Shown: piece by piece, positions 44,037-53,401 of the stretch | How positions within the stretch are numbered: position 1 is the stretch's first letter | Layout of the letters: each line of letters opens with the position of its first letter | Source: Pocillopora damicornis | Taxonomy: Eukaryota | Assembly: GCF_003704095.1 (NCBI RefSeq) | Contig: NW_020847569.1 | Span: forward strand, 558,001 to 622,000 | DNA: 64,000 nt | Direction of reading: 5' to 3' | The notes under the pieces: model-generated | Databases searched by the model: none | What the model was told of the DNA's origin: nothing | The model's input: the letters and a program-made list of their open reading frames with translations, nothing else | Program-made: the position numbers and the translations under genes

Positions 44037-44846
44037 TCATACACATCTGCACGTTTTGCGAAACGCTCTTCTAAACTGCTGACTTCTGCAAACAAAAACA
44101 CAAGGATTTATTACAGCGTTGGCGAAAAGCAAAGTGTAAGCCCACTGCAATCTGGTTTTTTCAGCCACTCCGAGCAGTTCATATACCACATCGGGAAAGA
44201 AACAGATAACAGACGTCCCCACAAGAATTGCCGATGTTTTAGCTGCCTCGCTCTCGTATTTCAAGTTCGCCATCATAAAAGGGCATGAGACCATTCCTTC
44301 TTTAGAGGAAATTCTTTGCTTGTGTTGGCGCACAAGCCCGTATATCCCTGCATAGCTTCCAATCCACGCCAGAATGACGAGGAGATGGATATAAGGTGCG
44401 GCGGATTTTCCTGGCTCTATATCGAAAAAAACCGCCATTGTGACTGCTGCTGACCAAACGGTAACGATAGCGCACCAAGTTTGCTTTCTAGATATGAGAA
44501 TGAGATGTCTGAAGAGGCGAGAGAGCGCTCTCAATCGATACAGCGTTATGGCGGCTAGATTGTTGGTGGAAGCGTGCAGACTAACAAAGGCGAAAAAGTG
44601 AAACGCCTTTATCAAATTGTGAAGATCGCTTTCCGTGCCGTGCGCGAGTAGATAGATGTAAATTGGCTGAGCTAGGACGTTGCTAAGAAGATCTGCCAAT
44701 GATAGGCTTAAAATAAACAGGTTTAGTCCCTTTCGTAGGTCTTTGTTCTTGAAGATCACGAAAACCACTGTAGTGTTCAACACGGTCCCAAACACACCAA
44801 GAAGACCATTCAGTATTGATAGGCTAATAACTCGAGTAGAAGTCAT
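44037..44846 (-). CDS. Intronless class A orphan GPCR, paralogue of 39485-40312
   Basis: 269-aa ORF sharing KGLNLxILSL, QPIY, LHAST, RALSR, LAWI, YESE..KTSAILV, CFFPD and NPC blocks with the upstream GPCR. Confidence 0.88.
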   Translation of the reverse strand: MTSTRVISLSILNGLLGVFGTVLNTTVVFVIFKNKDLRKGLNLFILSLSLADLLSNVLAQPIYIYLLAHGTESDLHNLIKAFHFFAFVSLHASTNNLAAITLYRLRALSRLFRHLILISRKQTWCAIVTVWSAAVTMAVFFDIEPGKSAAPYIHLLVILAWIGSYAGIYGLVRQHKQRISSKEGMVSCPFMMANLKYESEAAKTSAILVGTSVICFFPDVVYELLGVAEKTRLQWAYTLLFANAVINPCVFVCRSQQFRRAFRKTCRCV

Positions 44847-46133
44847 CTTTTTTCAGTCTAAAAGACTAGATAATTCCACGTTAACCCATTCGTATCCTTA
44901 ATAACAGCAAACTGTGCCCTTAGTAAACTTGATCGGTGTGTGTGTTCGCGTCAAATGGACTCAGCCTTCGCAAAGCGGAAGTATCAATTAATTGATAGCA
45001 AGGTGCATGTGATTTTTTTTTTTTTCTCGAGTCATGTCTTTGGATGTCTTTACAAAACGATCACTGGTTTTAACGTGAACAAGCATTTGAAAGTAAAAAA
45101 GTCAGAAATTTCTCAGAAAGATATCTATTAGTTGCCTGAGTACTAATTTAAACTTGATGTTTTCTTTTTAACCCTTTGACCCCTTAGAATTAGAGTGACC
45201 GGCATCTAATTTCTCCTCACAATATCACCCCTGAATCACATATTAGGGTCATGAGAATTAAGAAAGTGATCACTAACTGAAGAAGCTCTTGATTGTTAAA
45301 CAAATTCTCCTTTGTCAGAGGTATTTGTGCGCTGTTTATCTGTCTCAATTCAATGTGGAGCAAGCACTCTTTTATTCAACAAAAGAGATTTCAGTAAATG
45401 GATATTTGGATATCAGTAAATTTCTGCCAATTAAACTGTTTCAGAAACAATGCAATGCTTCACAGATGACACCACTTAGCAACAAAAACTTTAAGAATTT
45501 TTTATTTGCCAGTTTTCCGAATGTCAAGGTTTATTTCAATAAGTCTTAATAAAAAAGGGAGAAAAATGAAAATTTTAGCTGCTTTCTACATTTTGCTTGC
45601 ACGCTCCTCGTAAGGTAGCAGAGGGATTACACTGAACCCCAGAGAAAATTGCTTTGATCTTTTTCATCGAATATCTCAGTTTTATAAAAGAAAGGTTAAT
45701 TACAGCCCAAACGTGATGGCAAACATACAACTTTTTTATGTTTTCCCATAAAAATAAAACCACGCTTATGTCCGGCCTTTGTACAGGTGTTGTATACAGT
45801 GTGTGCAGAATAAAGTATCGATTTTTTTCGCTTCCTCTGTTTTAGAGATTTTATCAGTGACTATCGTCATCCGTCTGCTTGACATTGTATTTTAAGAATT
45901 TTCAAGACAATTATCGTATTGATCACAACTGGAAAACGAAGAAGAAACTGAAATTTTCCGCATTTAGAATAATTAAGCGCTTATTGAAAATTCTGGCGAA
46001 AAAAGCTTATCAGAAGGAAGGCGCTTAATCAAGGGGGTGCTTATTGAGAAATAGTCAACCTATACTGATTCCAATTTAGTTAAAGCTTTAAAAAGTTTAC
46101 ATTAAGTGGAAATAAAAACCGGTTTTCCTTGTA

Positions 46134-46184
46134 NNNNNNNNNNNNNNNNNNNNNNNNNNNNNNNNNNNNNNNNNNNNNNNNNNN
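46134..46184. other. Assembly gap
   Basis: N run upstream of P4HTM. Confidence 1.
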
Positions 46185-46397
46185 GGCACTTCTTTGGGGG
46201 AGGGGGCGCTTATTAGAGCGCGGGCAAAAACCTTTGCATGACGGAGCAGGACATGCTACATGACTGTAGATCTATTGGTTCCCAGTTTCCTCTCCCAGAA
46301 AATTGGTAGAGGTGGAAACGAGTGCACGTAACTCGTAAAAACTTGTCTATTATGATGTTTTCTCTCGATGCTGATTTTATTTGTTTAACCCGCAGAG

Positions 46398-49300
46398 ATG
46401 TCTCGATCACTGCTGGTTGTTGTAACCATATTTACCCAACTAATCTCCCACGATGGATTTTTCGTGGTATCTCTTGCCTCCAAGACCTGTTCTGCGAAAA
46501 CTGAAGATTGCAATTTGGCGGAAGTAGATGCTGCACATCCAAACCTTTTTATGCTGGATGGTGTTGAGGTGAAATGAAATTTTGAGTTTTGATCGAGAAA
46601 AGATGTAGCTACATAAACATAAACAATTGAAAAAATATATATTTGCCTTATCCATGGATTTGATTTTTAAGGAATGAGAAATATCACGTATATTTACCTC
46701 TCTATCAGTAAGATACCAAGATATTTATTTCGAGGCGGGGGAGTACTTTTTATCTTACCTGTATAGGTGTATGCCACGAAGAGGGTTTATATCAATTGGG
46801 AGATACTGCTTAGTTTAACAGTAACTCATCAGAGCTGAAATTATGAAAAGATTTATTACAGACAGTACAGAGGTTCCCAACAGAAGCATATTTGTCAACT
46901 TCTGAAACTAGCTAGTTTTGGAATAATTTGGTCAGAACACGATTTTTTTCTTCTTTCCTCTCTTATTGAATTTGTAAAAGGTGGGACATGTTCAGGAGGT
47001 AAAATTGGTGGAAGGCAGAGTACACCAGTTAATTACTAAAAGCCTTAAACCTCTTCTTTTTGGTAAGTAATGATCACAAGATCACAATTTTATCACTAAC
47101 CATTAAGCAATGATTTGTAACTAATGTGCCAGTAAGACATTAAGGTTCAAAATGTGCCTGTTGGTGTGGCTAGGTTAAACCAAACCAATCACAATGGAAT
47201 TTCTCACAGGCTCTATCAAATCCAGTCAAAATATTAGGGTTTGCATTTGAAGTCACTGTAATAAAGTCTTAGTGTAAGACTTTGTTATTATACCATAGTT
47301 TAACTACATCTCTGCATTTTTCTGTGAATCATCATCTTGCAACCCTACAGGCAATTTAGGTTTGTTTGATCCTCAATGCTAATTCCCAACCTTGTGCCTT
47401 AATAATTTCTCTTTAGGTGTACCCTTTTGATATCATTATTGTTGTTTGCCTTTCTAGAAATACCAGAATTTCTAAGCGATGAGGAATGTGAACACATAAT
47501 CAAACTTGCTGGCAAAAAAGGCCTTTTTGAAAGCACTACCTTACCTGAGTATGAAGATGATTCTGGTAAGAATTAAAAGTGAAGGACTATTCAGAGCTCT
47601 AATATGTGGATATAGCTTTTTTAACTCTGATGTGGCTGGAGACAATCTGACCACTTCATTAGCTCACAAGAGAAGACTTCTCTTCACCCAAATCTATTGG
47701 CTCTAGTAAGGTCCATTCTAGGGTCAAGGGTGTATATACCAATTTATCTCACTCCTTCTAGCTATGCATTATGAAGATGACTGGGAAAATGTCATCTTGT
47801 TGCTTTTGAAAAATCATAGAATGACTCCATCCCAGGAATAAACCTTAGAGCCCTTTCAATAAATTGAAACCAGTTTATACTCTTGTGTAATGGGAAGAAC
47901 TATCAGTTCTACCATTCTGGACTACTCTTTGGCTATATCCAAGACTTGCAATAAACAATTCAATACAAGGAACTCATTTGTCAATTGTAATTTTACTCCT
48001 GTTATCCTAGAGAGGATTATGACCACATTGTAGTTACAGTTTCAAGACCAGATTATCTGATAAGTGGCCTCTTTACTAACCTTTTAGCTTATAGTGATGA
48101 GGAAAAGAATGAAAATTGTAAGGATTTACTTTCCAATGACAGAGATAGTGATGGCAAGATCTCCACAGTTGAGGTAAGTCAAAATCAGAGCTAATATACC
48201 TCTTTCACTTCTTAGATCTCAAATCTTATTTTCATAAATGATAACAGTACTTTAAATTCCTCTGTTGACTAGTTTTGAGAAACTGGTGTAATATCATAAT
48301 AATCTACATTTCTTTATTCATTTGTGCATTGTGATAAGTTCTCATTACCTGCCTGGTGAAAATTGATACTATTTTAAAATTATGTGAAGTCATATTTTGA
48401 TTGGCCAATGGGTGGATCACAATTGAATTATTATTATTATTATTATTTATTGAATTATTACTGAAATAGTACCTAAATAGATTTGTACTGAAATTTTGGT
48501 TAATATGGATAAATAATTGACACTAGTTAACAAGAAACATGGTCTCACTTTTTAGTTTTCCACCTTCATAAAACAGGAGTTTTCAATGTCAGTAAGTGAT
48601 GCCGATGTGGACATGATGTAAGTTCATGTGTTCAGTTCCTCTTTAACTATTATTTTACTGCTGTGGGCTTTTACACACAAATTGAGTGCCTAGAACAGGC
48701 CAAGTCATCCCTAAATGAAAGTCCTAATTTTTGAAATTTTTTTTTAATCAGGTTGCAAAAAATAAACTTTGATAGAGACAGTGATGGTAAGCTAAGTTCA
48801 CATGCTCATATTTTGGTTTGGTCATTATTGTACTAATTAAACAAACAAATACGTCGTCAAGTGGCTCTGAGGTGCTCAAGTTGGTCACAATCAAATTTCC
48901 AGGAAGCCTTTAAAGGTTTCTTTTATTTGTAACTGTGAGAAAATGCACTGTATAGAATACATTACATTACACAGTATCATATATATTATGAAGATCAAGC
49001 TTGGACACACTGATGACTTAAGTATGCTATCCATTGATCTGTTATGATGATGAATGGCCATTATGTCAAGGCTTGGCAGGTCTTCCAGAGTGCATCCTGT
49101 GGCTGTTCAAAGTCAGGCAAGATCAGATACATATTATAATTCTTTGTTTTTTGGAATTATTTATTAAGCCATGGTTGAGCTGTTGTGTCAAGGTCTCAGG
49201 CAAAATGACCCACACAGGTTTCACTTTGCAGCTAGGAGAAATATGCCTCTCCCTGCCTAGGGGTATTAGTGGTTACCAGAAAACTTACAGTGGGGGGAGG

Positions 49301-51686
49301 GGGGATAACCAGCAATGGTTTGACGAGCCAACTAGGAGAAGTAGCAATACTCCTATTAATGCTTTGGAAACTGGAAACTTCAATGGGTGAGTAAGTCAGT
49401 CTCATATGCAGGCTTTATCTTTCAAGGTTTGATCAGTGAAAAAGAATGCCTCAAGGGCAATCATGTGGCATTTGACAAATACATGAGATACCTAGAAGAC
49501 AATCATCCACGAGAAAGGACAAGACTCAGTAAGCAGACTTGGCTGAGAGTAACAGGCAGCACCGATCTAGTGTTAAGGGACTTGCAAAGAAGGCAGGAAA
49601 AGTGTTCTACCATTCACTATGTTAAAAACTATTTCTTGTCTTAACTTTAAGGAATAATCATTTTTTAATGGAATCTACCTTCATGGAAATTTAAAAATTC
49701 AAAAAGTGAAAACTAATTTACCTTTCTCCTTTTGCAGAGTGATACAGTTGACAAAACTGCCACAATTTTTTATTGAAAACAGCGAAGACTTACAGGTAAA
49801 ATATGTACTCTTTGTTAATATAATGGTTTGAAGTTGATTGAAGGTCTGCTGTTAGTTGGTCAATAGTTGGTCAATGGTTGGCCAATATTCCACCCATGGT
49901 TGGCTGACTATGAACTAAGAGTTGACCAATGTCTTAATGTCCTGTCATTGAGCTGATGCCACTACAAGGGAAACACTAACTAATGACTGAATATCAGTGG
50001 TTATGTAGTGACAATTGATAAACTTTTAACTGAAATAATTATCAATATTGATGCATTGCTTGATTTATCAATCAGCTATCAACTTATTGATTGAATATCA
50101 ATGGGGTTATGTAGTGACAATTCACAGACTTTCAACTGATATATTGATGGATATTGATGCATTTATTGATTGATTTATCAACTTATTCTTTGACCAAGGT
50201 TACTTATGCCCAACATCTGTAAAATGACAATTTTGCAAATTATGCATCAAGCCTGTGCCAAGCTTATTAATGGAGGCTTGTTTACTCTTTTGATCAGGTT
50301 GTCCAGTATGGTGTTCACGGTCATTATCATGCACATTATGACTCTACAAATGAATGGAATGGTGAGGCTTCACGATGCTGTTTTGGGAATTACTCTGATA
50401 ATTGCAGCTTGTGTAGGTTAGTAAGTCTATGTTATGAATAGCCTCCAATCAGTCTTATATTTTCAGATAGCTTGATTTTTTATTTACCTCATGGTTGAGC
50501 ACTGTAAGACCTGTTGCTTAATTTGAAAAGCTTTTCAAATAAGTAGCATTGTTTTTTACTTTGTGCAGAGACTATTTCAAATTTACCTTTTTTGAGATTT
50601 TAATTGAATATATGTGTCATGAACGTCTATACACGTCAATCACTGTGTGTTACGTTACAGATACTAAGTAATCAATTGCTTATTGTACACTTCAGTCTTG
50701 TTGACAATAAACCTTCAGTCTGATCAAATGTCAGTGAAATATCTTTGAAACTGGTCAACCATATGGCCTGCCACCCAGAGTAGCAGTAGCCACATGTGCA
50801 TTTCATCAGACCTTTTTTCTTTCTGCCTCAGGTTTATGACAGTGCTCTATTACCTTAATGATGTAAAACGTGGTGGAGAAACAGCCTTTCCAGTTGCTGA
50901 TGAGAAAAATATCAACCAAACGGTATGAGAAGCGTTCAAAGCAATTGAGGTGAAAGGTGAATTCATTCATTTAAGTAGTGCTTAGGAATTCCCTTCCAGC
51001 TTGCCAGCTAATGATACCTTGAAAAATGACTACATGAACAGTGGTACAAGAAACAATTTTGAACGGCAAAATAATTATAATTGAAAGAAGGATCACTTCA
51101 GATACGGAAATGACTAAAGTGTTTTTTGAAAATTAAGTCCTCCTCCCCTCATGATTACCCCCCAATACCGGTACATTACTCTAATCAACATGGTTCTCAA
51201 ACCAAGTGGGTGTTGTCATGGGAGCCACTTGAAGTAGTAACCAGCTGTGCCATGCAAAGTCCGTTTTTTTTCTTAGGCCACTCGACGTGAATGAAAGAGG
51301 TTAGCGAGTGAGCAAAAGTTGAGGGCAGGAAGAACGAACGAGCATACGCCCAAATTTAGCGCGTTTTATCTACAACCCATTATACCTACTTGATTTTTCT
51401 TACTGCCATGGTAATGTCATACTTTATTCCTTGAAACTGTGTATAGGAAATTGAAAAGGAAGACCGGACAAATTTAAGCATCCACTGCTATGACGCTAAT
51501 GTGGTTGTACGTCCGGCAAGAGGCAAAGCTGTAATGTGGTACAATCACATGATCAGTAACGTGACTGGTTTGCTTGGAACACACGACGTACGCTCTTTAC
51601 ACGGAGGGTGTGATGTCCTGGAAGGTTCCAAGTGGATTGCAAACAACTGGATAAATGCACCATTTGAATGGAAAGAAGACAGCTGA
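46398..51686 (+). CDS. P4HTM: Transmembrane prolyl 4-hydroxylase-like 2OG-Fe(II) dioxygenase with two EF-hands, 11 coding exons
   Basis: Exons about 46398-46568, 46981-47062, 47458-47565, 48088-48173, 48556-48617, 48752-48786, 49427-49592, 49738-49795, 50298-50416, 50832-50922, 51447-51686. GHVQEVKL..SLKPLLFEIPEFLSDEEC, EF loops DRDSDGKISTVE and DRDSDGLISEKE, HYHAHYD (HxD), RFMTVLYYLNDV..GGETAFPVAD, SLHGGC..GSKWIANNWIN, all typical of P4HTM. Confidence 0.9.
49165..49420 (+). mobile_element. Degenerate SINE-like remnant in a P4HTM intron
   Basis: Segment ggagaagtagcaatactcct..ggaaactgg..atgcaggctttatc resembles the reverse complement of 13545-13680; a tRNA-like head fragment lies at ~20375-20480. 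Heavily diverged. Confidence 0.4.
49988..50186 (+). repeat. Two-copy ~100-bp tandem duplication
   Basis: tgaatatca..ggttatgtagtgacaatt..aactga..atattgatgcatt..tatcaacttatt occurs twice in a P4HTM intron. Confidence 0.75.
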
Positions 51687-53401
51687 TGGCGCTGGTTAGA
51701 ATTTATCTCCATTTTCGTTTGAAATTCAACGCCAAATTCAACGCCAAATGAAGTCTCTCTAGATCTTGATGTAGAGAGTATATATACTTTTGCGATAAAA
51801 GTTGATATTTTGCACACATCTCAGTGTTGTTTTCTGGTTGTTATGAGCCCCATAACGTCGTCCTCTAAAAGAAATTCTGGAATGTGAGTAACTGACTAAA
51901 GTGGGTTAATGGACTTTAATATACAATTTGGATTGGTCAATGATTTCATATATTTTTTGAAACTGTGTTTCCGCAATAACCTAGTATTGCATAATCTTTC
52001 CTAATTTGGTATTTAAACTATTATTTTTTTTCCCTGTTACATATTTTAGTGCAGAACAGCAGAACACTTAGGGACGTGTCCGAGTCCGTGATTCACCAGT
52101 ATATTAGTAAACTATTTTTTTTGCTCTGATTAAGGCCTTGAAATCTTCATAGTACATTCGGTGATGAAATTCTCTCCTGATTCTACGTCCATAGTTTACC
52201 TCGTCCTATCCAACTGCACTAGGTAGTGTTCAAATAACGCGTGAATCGATTACAAATATAAGTCGTTATTAGGACAGTTGGTTATCACTAGTAATTTTGT
52301 ACTGTAAAAAACCTCTTCAGGCAGTCGCCTGAGCGTGCTACACTTGTCAATCTGCTTCGCTTTTTCAGCCTTGCAAGAAATGCTCAGAAAATTAAGCCTT
52401 TGGATAATAAATAACTTATCTCACGTTTTGGTGTGTAGTATTGTTGCTTATTTTACTCGTTCAGTGTTTGTAATTTTACTCACTCTACGGCCTCGTCCAA
52501 ATAAAGCAAAACTTTGTAAAAATACTCAGTAATACTACACACCAAAACATCTAATAAGATATGTTATGTAACCTCAAGGAACAAGTCGAGCTTTAGTAAG
52601 TAAAATTATCTTCCTTTTTCACAACATCCCTTTACCGAATTTTCATGGATACGAACCATCCTCCGGGAGAGGACGATCTAAATATAAACCCGTTTCAGAA
52701 AACACCTTGTGGCAGTGACACAGTTACTGTTAAATTAAATGAATTTTAAATGAATTTTAAATGAAAGTGCTAGTAATGTTATGTCTGCGATGGGATACTT
52801 TATAGAAACTAACACAACCACACTCCTTCTGGTAGAATATCCGCTGTTCACAACTGAGCCCTGCGTAAAAAAAAGCGGAAGTGATCAGAGACAATAATGC
52901 AAAAAGATTCTTTCGTGTCTTTCATGTAGGGAGAAATAGAGTCTTATGAATTATTGGTAAGTACATGATAGTGTGGAGAACTTCAAAATATGTTGATTCA
53001 ATCTTTTTTGTCGCAAATTAGAGGCAAAAGCAATGTTACGCTTTGAATTGGTATCAGTACGTCGCTGTCGGCATTACAGTTTATCACCAATACAGCGGAA
53101 GAAAATACTTTTAAAATGTGAAAAAGGTTTTTTTAATTTCATGGTGAGGTTCTTGCTTTATCCTACTTCGTCCCTCTTCCGCCTCAGCTACATATGGGAA
53201 ACTTTTGTGCTCTAGAATTGATAACATGCTGGCGGGTAGACTGCTAAGATGTATCTTTTGGTCTGATTCTGCTAAAACAGTCAACAGAACTTGTAGGAAA
53301 ATTGTCTAGAAATATTTATGTTTGATTTCATCTTGCTTTGCATAGTTTGATGTGAAGATTTTCTCTCTAGGAAGATTACTTTTGAAGAATAAGTCTGCAT
53401 A

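Noticed and set aside
39485-44846. GPCR pair as opsins
   Set aside because: Neither TM7 has the retinal-binding lysine.
49988-50186. CRISPR-like or functional repeat array
   Set aside because: Only two diverged adjacent copies, no spacers, eukaryotic intron.
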